Under the pieces are notes generated by a model that ran no database searches, had not been told where the DNA came from, and was given only the letters and a program-made list of their open reading frames with translations. Both the position numbers and the translations under genes were made by a program. Positions 51,985-60,429 of a stretch of 64,000 nucleotides of DNA are shown here, piece after piece. Each line of letters opens with the position of its first letter. Positions within the stretch are counted from its first letter, which is position 1. This DNA comes from an uncultured delta proteobacterium (GTDB lineage: Bacteria > Desulfobacterota > Binatia > UBA9968): the NCBI GenBank assembly GCA_963804165.1, contig CAWDPO010000043.1, forward strand, positions 64,001 through 128,000, given 5' to 3'.

Positions 51985-54237
51985 CTAGTTCCGCGGAAGG
52001 GCAATCACAAAGTTGGTTCCTTTTCCATGCTCGCTGCTATAGCTAATTGATCCACCATGGGCCCTGACAATTTGCTGAACGATCGAGAGTCCGATCCCGG
52101 TGCCTTGCGGTTTGGTAGTAAAGAATGGCTCGAAAATATCTATGCCTGGAGGAATCCCCGTGCCGGTATCCGAAATTTCCAGAACGACTCTGTCGTCCGA
52201 AGTTGACCCTTTAATCGAGATTCTTCCACCCCCGGGCATCGCCTCCGCGGCATTCTTGGTGAGATTGAAGATTACCTGCTTCATTTTATCGATGTCGACG
52301 GTGACGGTGGGCAGGTTCGACGGAAAGGAACATTCTACTTGGATTCCCAACTCAGCATAGCGCGGCAACTCAATTTCGATCGCTTCTCCGACTAGAGCAG
52401 TGACACTCGTCCGTTGGAAATCGAACTTCTCCCGGCGGGACAGAGAACGGAACTGTTCGAGCAGCGTGCTCAGACGCGATACCTCGTTGTGCAGTCGGTT
52501 CACGGTCGATGTTATCTGGGTATCGAGCAGGTTCGACTGTTTACGGAGACGTTGCTCGAGAAGCTGGATTGTCAACGACATGCCGTTTAATGGGTTGGCG
52601 AGCTCATGGCCGATTTTGGCCGCGGTCGTTCCGATGGCAACCAGCCGTTCGTTCTCCACCAGTTGTGCTTGCAACCGCGCCTTTTCTGAAACGTCGCGAA
52701 TGAACGCGGCATATTGGACCTCCTTGTCTTCCGCGATCTTGGTCACTGACAACTCAATCGGAAACAGCTCGCCATTTTTCCGCTTGGCGGTCACCGTTCG
52801 TATGCGGCCGATGGCACGGGCTTCGCCCGTCTTTTCATAACGTTCGATATACCCGTCGTGCTCCGTTGCGTGAGGCTCGGCCATGAGCAAATTTACCTTT
52901 TGCCCTACGATCTCATTTCTCGTATAGCCAAATATTCGTTCCGCCGCCGGGTTGAATAGCACAACTCTTCCTTGACGGTCGATGGAGAGGACAGCGTCTT
53001 GGGTCGTTTCGATGAGACTCTGCAGCCACGCTTGGCCGCGTCTCACTTCGGAGATATCGCGGATGAAAGCGGCGTATTGAACTTCTTCGCCTTCACCCGT
53101 TGCAACTTTCGTAATTGAAAGCTCGATGGGAAAAGTCGCGCCGTTCTTGCGCCGGGCTTCCACGGTCCGGATACGGCCGATGGCGCGCGCCTCGCCGGTT
53201 CTTTCGTAACGTTCAATATAAGAATCGTGCTCAGCCGCATACGGCTCGGCTATCAAGACGTTCACTTTTTGTCCTTGGATTTCAGCCTTGCTGTAACCGA
53301 AGATCCGCTCCGCTCCCGGGTTGAACAGCACGATTCGCGCCTGTCGATCAATCGAAACCACCGCATCCTGGGTAGTCTCGATTAGACGCTCGATCCAGTT
53401 TGTTTTGCGTCGAATGTCTGTTTCTGCTTCCTTCTGCGATGACACGTCGCGAAAAACCACGACCACGCCAATAATCGTGCCGTCGGATCTGATCGGCGCA
53501 GCGCTATAGATTACAGCAAAAAACGTCTTGTCTTTGCGAATAAACACATCCTCGTGATTCGATAGAAGCAACCCGCGCTGCAATACCTGCAGCCCTGAAC
53601 ATTCGGAGGCAGGAAAGGGCCTGCCGTCTGGATGTTGGTAATGTGTCATTTCGTGCATCTTCCGGCCAAGCAACTCGGCGCTCGACCAACCAAAGAGGCG
53701 CTCTGCGGCGGGATTGATGTAGGTTACCAAACCTTGGGCATCGACGGTGTAAAGCCCCTCGCCCATGTTGGCCATAACCGACTGATTGAATTCCAGCGCG
53801 CGGCGAAGCTCGGCCCTGCCCTCAAGCGCGGCCTGTTCGGCGAGTCTACGATCGTGGGTTTCGACCACGCCGCCGACGTATCCAAGGAAAGCGCCGTCGG
53901 CGCTATATTGCGGCACGCCGCGGTCGACTACCCAGCGATACTCGCCTGAACGATGACGCAGGCGGTACTCCATGACAAAAGGTTCGCGGCGGTCGAAAGC
54001 GAAGGTGTAACTGTCTAGGCAGCGCCGAAGATCGTCCGGATGCACGCCATCAGCCCAACCGTTGCCGAGCTCCTGCTCCATTGTGCGCCCGGTAAACTCC
54101 AGCCAACTTTTATTGAAATAATTGCAAAGCTTGTCGGTTGCGGATTGCCAAACGAGGACTGGTAGCGCGTCGGCCATAGCGCGATACCTTTCTTGACTCT
54201 CGCGGAGGACCTGCTCGGCTTCTTTTTCTATACTCAT
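51985..54237 (-). CDS. cytoplasmic four-PAS sensor histidine kinase with two FixL-type heme-PAS domains; start uncertain
   Basis: No TM; PAS3 and PAS4 contain EP...HD(S/G)YIERY..TGEARAIGRIR; H-box AKIGHELANPL, NAAEAM, DTGTGI, FFTTK..GTGIGL. Confidence 0.93.
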   Translation of the reverse strand: MSIEKEAEQVLRESQERYRAMADALPVLVWQSATDKLCNYFNKSWLEFTGRTMEQELGNGWADGVHPDDLRRCLDSYTFAFDRREPFVMEYRLRHRSGEYRWVVDRGVPQYSADGAFLGYVGGVVETHDRRLAEQAALEGRAELRRALEFNQSVMANMGEGLYTVDAQGLVTYINPAAERLFGWSSAELLGRKMHEMTHYQHPDGRPFPASECSGLQVLQRGLLLSNHEDVFIRKDKTFFAVIYSAAPIRSDGTIIGVVVVFRDVSSQKEAETDIRRKTNWIERLIETTQDAVVSIDRQARIVLFNPGAERIFGYSKAEIQGQKVNVLIAEPYAAEHDSYIERYERTGEARAIGRIRTVEARRKNGATFPIELSITKVATGEGEEVQYAAFIRDISEVRRGQAWLQSLIETTQDAVLSIDRQGRVVLFNPAAERIFGYTRNEIVGQKVNLLMAEPHATEHDGYIERYEKTGEARAIGRIRTVTAKRKNGELFPIELSVTKIAEDKEVQYAAFIRDVSEKARLQAQLVENERLVAIGTTAAKIGHELANPLNGMSLTIQLLEQRLRKQSNLLDTQITSTVNRLHNEVSRLSTLLEQFRSLSRREKFDFQRTSVTALVGEAIEIELPRYAELGIQVECSFPSNLPTVTVDIDKMKQVIFNLTKNAAEAMPGGGRISIKGSTSDDRVVLEISDTGTGIPPGIDIFEPFFTTKPQGTGIGLSIVQQIVRAHGGSISYSSEHGKGTNFVIALPRN

Positions 54238-54337
54238 GTCCCACACCACCAGTACACAGACACTGTTCTTCTCCTCAATTCGCGAAACGGGACCAAACAG
54301 ATTACTCGCAGTTTGGAGGCAGGAATTGGAGGATACC

Positions 54338-54376
54338 TTTCGTAGCTTTGGCGATCCATTTGCCAAATCTGAGAAA
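54338..54376. promoter_or_regulatory. putative enhancer (UAS) palindrome pair
   Basis: TTTCGTA-GCTT-TGGCGAT (54338) and TTTGCCA-AATC-TGAGAAA (54359), 21-bp offset. Confidence 0.5.
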
Positions 54377-54478
54377 CATTTTAGATCTTCTATTCCTACT
54401 AAGGAACGAATGTCAATCTAAGTCTTTGAGGTTACACGCAAAATGGGACTGGTGATATTCAGCAGCGTTTCATCTGTC

Positions 54479-54493
54479 TGGCACATGCTTTGC
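54479..54493 (+). promoter_or_regulatory. sigma-54 promoter
   Basis: TGGCACA-TGCT-TTGC. Confidence 0.85.
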
Positions 54494-54541
54494 GCAAAAA
54501 GAAGGAGAAAGCCATTAAGGCTAGGGCGACAAGAGGTATTT

Positions 54542-54655
54542 ATGGTAAGCGAAACCGAACTTTTCTATCTTGTGCTGCTGACGCTGCTGACGCTGATCAT
54601 GCATTTGATCCTTTCACGGAAGCACCGTCGGGATGACAAGCATTCTCACGCGTAG
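54542..54655 (+). CDS. single-TM microprotein, copy 2 (37 aa)
   Basis: MVSETELFYLVLLTLLTLIMHLILSRKHRRDDKHSHA*; RBS GAGG. Confidence 0.72.
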   Translation: MVSETELFYLVLLTLLTLIMHLILSRKHRRDDKHSHA

Positions 54656-54702
54656 CGCAGCATCGAAATAACGATTTCTAGCGCTGCGAACGGTTGGACG
54701 GA

Positions 54703-55830
54703 TCATACAGTGGATGAGCGGGTCTTGTTGCGATCCGCCACGCGACCGCGGCAAGACTTTACATCCGGTAAGGGGCAGTATCGTCGCAGAATCGGATCCA
54801 GGCAACTGTAGCGGTACGGAAAGCGATGCTGGTAAGCGGAGTGAACGACGCTTTGAAGCTCCGTAGTTGAAAGCTCGATATCGTTTCGGTGGTTCCATTC
54901 AAGTAGTTTTTGTTCTGTTTCATCTCTGGATAACCCCGTCAGGCGAAATTCCGAGGCAAGCCTGATTGCGCAATTATTTCGATAACCGGGCTCGATGTGA
55001 CTTTCCCAGATCTTGCGCACTCCCGCGCAAACGAAGTCGAGTTTAGACAAATCAGGCGGACGGGGAATGCGATAGACAAACGGCTTGCGCGTGAGCTTGG
55101 TCGTTTGGCGCCGAACTCGACTGAACAGTTCCGCCGCTTTCGGATTCGCGCTGATATCGACGCGCGAAACCAAGCCGGTCTCATCGGTTACCTTCAAAGG
55201 TCTCGCCGTGCGCGCGATCTCGCGAATCTGCTTGGGGTCTAACCTCTCAATTTCGCTCGGAGTCAGAATTATTTTATATAACTTGGACTTCTCGTGAATC
55301 GTGTTTGGCAATCGTAGCAAGCGAACTCGATCTTTGATCGAGAGATCGACGGTTTCGCGAACGCGTTCGGGCAGCTCATGCGCTAAATGGCGCCGAATAG
55401 AGTCGAAAATCATCGGCAGATGCTTCGAAGGCGCGATTCGACCGAAAAGCCGAGTATCCAGCAAGATATGAAACCCTTTGAGGCCGCTGAAATAAATCTG
55501 TAACGCCTGGGTACGTAGCGCCCACCGTTCGAGCAAAAAAGCACTCAAGCGCTTGGCTGCCTCCAGCGCCGGCGTTATCTCCACATGATCCAGGTCAATG
55601 GGTAAGAACGGGGCCCAGGCTTTGCCCTCAAAGCCGGCAATACTCGGCGCCCTGTCATCCTGAGCACTCATGTAAGTCAGGACTTCATCAGAGAAGAAAA
55701 AATAGGTGGCATAGCAGCCGTAGTAGTTAAATGATTTCGCCAGCGCCGGGACCTCCGTGATCGAAACAATATGGTTTCGAAAGCCCTTTTGATAGTGCGC
55801 CGCAAAATCCACGAAATGAAAGCGCCGCAT
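54703..55830 (-). CDS. archaeo-eukaryotic primase (AEP)-like protein with primase C-terminal domain
   Basis: PIDLD (motif I), YFSGLKGFH (motif II), DLSI...LLRLPNT (motif III); C-terminal GYRNN..IRLA...L.EWN; Cys cluster. Confidence 0.8.
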   Translation of the reverse strand: MRRFHFVDFAAHYQKGFRNHIVSITEVPALAKSFNYYGCYATYFFFSDEVLTYMSAQDDRAPSIAGFEGKAWAPFLPIDLDHVEITPALEAAKRLSAFLLERWALRTQALQIYFSGLKGFHILLDTRLFGRIAPSKHLPMIFDSIRRHLAHELPERVRETVDLSIKDRVRLLRLPNTIHEKSKLYKIILTPSEIERLDPKQIREIARTARPLKVTDETGLVSRVDISANPKAAELFSRVRRQTTKLTRKPFVYRIPRPPDLSKLDFVCAGVRKIWESHIEPGYRNNCAIRLASEFRLTGLSRDETEQKLLEWNHRNDIELSTTELQSVVHSAYQHRFPYRYSCLDPILRRYCPLPDVKSCRGRVADRNKTRSSTV

Positions 55831-56038
55831 AACTTGATTATAACGCCCGTCTTGCGCGACCTGAAACCATAGCCACCTCTCGGCACAATCTCGATTGCGT
55901 GATTCCGAAGAGCAAAACCCCGGCCGCTCGGACCGTAGTGCTCGACAGCGTGCTCGATCCAACACGGCGAAACTGCCTCAATCGAACCGTTCCCACCAGC
56001 GATGCAATCTCATGTGAACTCACGCGCAGTGTTGGCGT

Positions 56039-56087
56039 TTTCCTACCAGTGCAAAATCTAACTGCTGAATTTCTCATTAGTAAAAAC
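56039..56087. promoter_or_regulatory. putative enhancer (UAS) palindrome pair
   Basis: TTTCCTA-CCAG-TGCAAAA (56039) and TTTCTCA-TTAG-TAAAAAC (56070), 31-bp offset. Confidence 0.6.
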
Positions 56088-56148
56088 AATTGTCGAGGCG
56101 GTGGTAGTGCGCAATTGTTTCTAGAGCATTTTTCTTGTTCTGCGCCAA

Positions 56149-56163
56149 TGGCACAACTCGTGC
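56149..56163 (+). promoter_or_regulatory. sigma-54 promoter
   Basis: TGGCACA-ACTC-GTGC. Confidence 0.75.
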
Positions 56164-56258
56164 TCCTTCTTTCTCACGAGAAAGGTTTGACGCCTGACGA
56201 ATGGTGCAGCAGCCATTCGCGGGTACTATTAAGCCATAGAGGAGCAGAAGCCATCAGC

Positions 56259-56432
56259 ATGCCTACTTACGAATTTCTTTGTGAAAAATGCCACAAAATG
56301 TTTGATGTCGTCTGGTCGCTCGCGGAATACGACAAACGAATCAAAGAAAAGCACAAATGTCCGTCATGCGGCAGCACAAGAGTCGTCAAAACCCTCTCTA
56401 TGGTTCAGGTAAAAACATCAAAAAAGAGCTAA
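56259..56432 (+). CDS. FmdB-family zinc ribbon protein
   Basis: MPTYEFLCEKC...CPSCGS...TSKKS. Confidence 0.9.
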   Translation: MPTYEFLCEKCHKMFDVVWSLAEYDKRIKEKHKCPSCGSTRVVKTLSMVQVKTSKKS

Positions 56433-56466
56433 AGACTCCTGACGTTCGGCTTGGAAGGCCTACTCT

Positions 56467-56898
56467 ATGAATACCGGCGCCGCCACAATCAGACCGGAGA
56501 CAACCGTCGGCGAAGTAAGGACCATAGATCTGGTCACGCTAAAGCTCGACGATACCCTGCGCCTCGCCGACGATTTGATGAATCTTACCCAAGTGCATCA
56601 CTTCCCGGTTTTGGATGGAGACTCAGTGGCAGGGGTAATTAATCAGAACGACCTGCTGCACGCTTCAATGGTCTCGTTAGTGCGCCATCGTCAAGACGCT
56701 GTTCGTGACGCCTTAGGTGAGGTCAAGGTCAAAGCCGTGATGAAGCCGGCAACAATGGTTTCGTCCGACATGTCGATCAATGAGGCGGCTAGGATCATGG
56801 TGGAGCGCGAGCTTGAGTGTTTGCTCGTTTTAGAAGGAGAAAAACTGGCCGGGCTCGTAAGCCGCACGGATCTCCTGAGAGAATTGGCCAAGCAATGA
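56467..56898 (+). CDS. CBS domain-pair protein
   Basis: VHHFPVL...GVINQNDLL and GLVSRTDLL. Confidence 0.9.
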   Translation: MNTGAATIRPETTVGEVRTIDLVTLKLDDTLRLADDLMNLTQVHHFPVLDGDSVAGVINQNDLLHASMVSLVRHRQDAVRDALGEVKVKAVMKPATMVSSDMSINEAARIMVERELECLLVLEGEKLAGLVSRTDLLRELAKQ

Positions 56899-56941
56899 TT
56901 GTCGCCACCGCTCGGCTAAAGCGAAAGTCAAGGAGGGAACT

Positions 56942-57562
56942 ATGCTCGTGAGTTACCGTATGACCAAGGAACCTATCACTGTCGAGCCGGATGATTTGTT
57001 GAGCCGCGCGGCGCATGAGATGAAGGCGGGCGGCTTTCGCCGGCTCCCGGTGGTGAGCAACGGGAAGCTCGTGGGTATCGTCACGGACCGAGACTTGCGA
57101 GAGCACCGTGGTCATTTGGAACACACCAAGATCAATGGCGCGATGTCCGAAAAGCTGTTCACGGTTAGTCCTGAAATCACTCTGGAAGAGGCCGCGCAAG
57201 TCATGTTGGAACAGCAAATCGGCGGTCTGCCGGTGGTTCACGAAGGGCGACTCGTCGGCATCATCACGGCCAGCGACGTGATGCGAGCTTTTCTTGACGT
57301 CATGGGAGCTTCGAATGGCGGCAGTACGCGCATCGACTTCGTCCTCGAAGGCGAAGAGCACGGGCTTAACGAGGCCTCGCGCGTCGTCGCGCGCGAGCGT
57401 GGCGAAGTCTTAGGAGTCGGCACCTATCGCGACAAAGTGGGTAATAATCCGATTTGTTACCTGCGCTTGATCTCGGGGAACGCCGATAAGATCGCCAAAG
57501 CGCTCCGCGCTAGCGGTTTCGATGTTTTGGGCGTGCACAGAATTGGCGGTGAGGCGAAGTGA
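56942..57562 (+). CDS. CBS pair + ACT-like domain protein (AcuB-like)
   Basis: FRRLPVV...GIVTDRDL and IGGLPVV...GIITASDV; C-terminal ACT-like beta/alpha segment. Confidence 0.9.
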   Translation: MLVSYRMTKEPITVEPDDLLSRAAHEMKAGGFRRLPVVSNGKLVGIVTDRDLREHRGHLEHTKINGAMSEKLFTVSPEITLEEAAQVMLEQQIGGLPVVHEGRLVGIITASDVMRAFLDVMGASNGGSTRIDFVLEGEEHGLNEASRVVARERGEVLGVGTYRDKVGNNPICYLRLISGNADKIAKALRASGFDVLGVHRIGGEAK

Positions 57563-57588
57563 TATTCTCGTGAAGGAGGATCTGTCTT

Positions 57589-58017
57589 ATGTCATTGCAA
57601 AATTTCTGTCGCAAACCTTTGGTTAAAGTTTCGCCGGATACGAACATAACCAAGGCCTGCCGCCTTATGGCAAAGAACAAAGTCGGTTGCTTGGTCGCTG
57701 AGAAAGACGGCGAGCTCTGCGGGATTATCACTGACCGCGACATCGCGCTGCGGGTGGCTGGCGCACGGAAAGATCCGCAGGAAACATTGGTCAAAGACGT
57801 TATGACGCCGGATCCAATTCGTATTTCCGCGGATAAAGATTTACCCCAGCTCATGGCTCTCATGCACGCCCATCACGTGCGGCGCATGCCGATCGTGAAC
57901 GGCTTCAGTACGACGCTGGGAATCGTCACGTTCGACGATCTGATCGCTCAGGTGGGTAACCAGATGTCGGAGATGGGCAAGACGATAGCCGAGGAATTTT
58001 TTCAAGGGAACGCTTAA
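57589..58017 (+). CDS. CBS domain-pair protein (Hrp1/Rv2626c-like)
   Basis: VGCLV...GIITDRDIALR and VRRMPIV...GIVTFDDL. Confidence 0.92.
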   Translation: MSLQNFCRKPLVKVSPDTNITKACRLMAKNKVGCLVAEKDGELCGIITDRDIALRVAGARKDPQETLVKDVMTPDPIRISADKDLPQLMALMHAHHVRRMPIVNGFSTTLGIVTFDDLIAQVGNQMSEMGKTIAEEFFQGNA

Positions 58018-58032
58018 GAAAGGAGAATAGCC

Positions 58033-58530
58033 ATGAGCGATATCACCGAAGCCCTGCACGAAGAACATCAGGCCCTCTTGCCTCACATCGATGAGTTGCG
58101 CGTGATTGCCGATCGGTTCGATGAAATCCCGCCACATGACGTTCGGTACAACCTGGACCGCGTTTACGAATTTCTCACCGAGCACTTGATACCTCATGCG
58201 GAAGCTGAAGAGGACGCGCTTTACCCGGCGGTTGCGAAGATTCTCGGCTCCCCTCAGGCGACCGCGACGATGAGCCGCGATCATATCGAAGTGAGCCGGT
58301 TGACGGAACAACTGGGGTGGCTGCGCTCTGAAGCAACAATCTTCGACGTAGAGCAAATGAAGAATTTGCGCCGGGTATTGTACGGTCTCCATGCACTGCT
58401 CAGAGTTCATTTCGCCAAGGAAGAAGAGATCTACTTGCCGCTGTTGGAGAACCATTTGAGTAATGGCGAGGCGCAACGCTTGTTCCACAAGATGGCGCAA
58501 TCGGCCCAGCACGGTCATCTCGTCCGCTGA
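58033..58530 (+). CDS. hemerythrin (HHE) domain protein
   Basis: EEH...PHAEAEEDALYP...DH...HFAKEEEIYLP. Confidence 0.9.
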   Translation: MSDITEALHEEHQALLPHIDELRVIADRFDEIPPHDVRYNLDRVYEFLTEHLIPHAEAEEDALYPAVAKILGSPQATATMSRDHIEVSRLTEQLGWLRSEATIFDVEQMKNLRRVLYGLHALLRVHFAKEEEIYLPLLENHLSNGEAQRLFHKMAQSAQHGHLVR

Positions 58531-58633
58531 CCGCGAATTATCGATTCAGCTAGTCGTGCCGACCTTTTATGATTGACGCTCACCTCGCCACTGGCTTCCA
58601 CACTCTCGGAGGTGCCGCTCGGAACGGCTCGTT

Positions 58634-59125
58634 TCATGCAGCATCGGTCGACTGAGGATCGCTACGGGCTAGCATGTCACGAATTTGAGCCCGATGCTTT
58701 TTGCTGTCGCTTTCAATGCCTTCGAAAAGCTCCGCGATGTCAGGAAACTCGCGACCGAGCACCGGCAGATCGTCTTTCAACTCTCCGGCGCAGCGTTGCT
58801 CTTCTTCGAGATCCGTTCGCAGATAAAATCAGCTGTTGGGTTCTTTGGCAACGTGGATCGGAATAACGTTAGGGAGCTTTTCTCCTAGATCTCTTATTTT
58901 CGCGCCAATCATTTCAGCGTGTCTTTCCTCTTCTCCGGCCAGGCCGAGAAGCATATCGCGAAACTGAGGATAACGCATTCTTTCGGCATGCTGACGGTAG
59001 CGCATACCGTGCTGCTTTTCTCTGAGATAGCGATGGCGCAACACGTTCAGCATGGCCGCACGCGATTCCTCTTTAGAGCCAAACAGCCTTGCCCACCAAT
59101 CCGACGGTTTCACTCGGAGCGCCAT
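58634..59125 (-). pseudogene. ferritin-like protein with an in-frame TGA at 58829-58831
   Basis: Paralog of 59883..60374; the frame continues after NS* as FYLRTDLEEEQRCAGEL...DSKKH...MLARSD; the paralog has Trp at that position. Confidence 0.78.
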
Positions 59126-59169
59126 AGCGTCCTCCTTTCTGAAGGACCAATCTCTATGTACATAAAAAC

Positions 59170-59184
59170 GCAAAGTTCAAGCCA
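59170..59184 (-). promoter_or_regulatory. sigma-54 promoter
   Basis: TGGCTTG-AACT-TTGC on the minus strand. Confidence 0.75.
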
Positions 59185-59243
59185 GCGATTAACCGCTCTG
59201 GATTCACGAATAGCGGTCCAAAGCGCGCCAAATCGGATAAGCC

Positions 59244-59292
59244 ATTGTCATTGTGAAGAATCGACCCAAGGAAGATTCGCAGGAATGCAATT
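59244..59292. promoter_or_regulatory. putative enhancer (UAS) palindrome pair
   Basis: ATTGTCA-TTGT-GAAGAAT (59244) and ATTCGCA-GGAA-TGCAATT (59275), 31-bp offset. Confidence 0.55.
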
Positions 59293-59315
59293 TGCCGGGT
59301 GCGACGTGGCTGAAT

Positions 59316-59759
59316 TTAGGGGCTGACTTGCCGGTTGCCGTGGCAGTAAACACAGGCTCCAGTGACAGATCCGGCGAGCAGAAAGTTCGGCGGATCATGG
59401 CGAATCGAATCGCCGGCGATTTTGATATCACGCAGAAAATCCGAACGATTCTCATCGATCAGCGGATGGTTGGACGGCCAACCGGTTCGATTGAGTTCTC
59501 TCCCCGCTCGCTCCATGGCGTCGAGGTGCTCGAGAATTTCTTCACGATGCGACTCCGGTGTCACAGATGATATCATCAACCGGTTAAGTTCTCGTGAGTG
59601 GTAAGCCAACTGCCACATGGTCGAGCGCAGTTGCTCGGAAGTAATGTAATGGAATCCCGGCGGATAGGTATATTGACGCAGCCAACCCGCGAAATTTGCG
59701 CATCCCATCGCCGACAACCAGAGCAAAACAGCAACAAGTGAAAGAATCTGGCTATTCAT
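59316..59759 (-). CDS. lipoprotein c-type cytochrome with C-terminal heme motif (cytochrome c'-like topology)
   Basis: Lipobox AMGC; helical body; CVYCH near the C-terminus. Confidence 0.8.
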   Translation of the reverse strand: MNSQILSLVAVLLWLSAMGCANFAGWLRQYTYPPGFHYITSEQLRSTMWQLAYHSRELNRLMISSVTPESHREEILEHLDAMERAGRELNRTGWPSNHPLIDENRSDFLRDIKIAGDSIRHDPPNFLLAGSVTGACVYCHGNRQVSP

Positions 59760-59882
59760 ATTGCGGTCACGGCAACCACCACCCGCATCGCAAGGATTGC
59801 GCGATATCTGCGCCGTAAACCACAAGCATAGCCTTGCAGCAAAAACCAACGCCGCCGTTATCCGCGCTCACAATCCCTAGTC

Positions 59883-60374
59883 TTAGGTGAGCGATCCCGC
59901 GAACGCATCGCTGCGCATGAGCATCTCGCGGATTTCGTTACCATGTTTCTTTTCGTCTTTGGAAATTCGCTCCAGCAACATCGCAACGTCGGGATAGTCC
60001 GTTGCCACCGCCCATATCTGCTCCATCAACTCGCCGGCGCAATGATCTTCCTCGTTTAGATCTTTCAGCAGATGTTGCCAGCTACATTGGTCCATTGATG
60101 TTCGCTTCCCTGTTACGTCGGGCAACTTACCTCCTAGGTCGATTATTTTTTTAGCTATCAACCCGGCGTGCTCCGTTTCCTCCGCGGCGATGTGGAGCAA
60201 CTTTTCGCGAAACTGCGGATAATGCATCTCCCCCGCGTGCTGATTAAACTTTTCGGCGTGCACGATTTCGTCCATATATCGCGTGCGCAGAATGTCCAGA
60301 GCCGTGCGCCGCGCTTCGTCGCCAATGCCCAAAAAACTTCGCCACCAATGAGATAGTTCAGCTCTCATACCCAA
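59883..60374 (-). CDS. ferritin-like protein
   Basis: E...HA..M.YPQFR..L..IAAEETEH...DLNEE...KDEKKH. Confidence 0.82.
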   Translation of the reverse strand: MGMRAELSHWWRSFLGIGDEARRTALDILRTRYMDEIVHAEKFNQHAGEMHYPQFREKLLHIAAEETEHAGLIAKKIIDLGGKLPDVTGKRTSMDQCSWQHLLKDLNEEDHCAGELMEQIWAVATDYPDVAMLLERISKDEKKHGNEIREMLMRSDAFAGSLT

Positions 60375-60429
60375 AGCCTCCTTCCCAGTAAGTTAAACAA
60401 AGTATTTCACGCTACCAGCATTAGTGCAT

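Noticed and set aside
10987-58518. Long antisense or overlapping ORFs in the track (e.g. 10987..11676, 20203..21036, 31875..32645, 57841..58518)
   Set aside because: They are shadows of well-supported genes on the opposite strand or frame and show no motifs.
58829-58831. In-frame TGA as selenocysteine or an alternative genetic code
   Set aside because: It aligns to Trp, not Cys, in the paralog, and TGA is used as a normal stop in many genes of this window.
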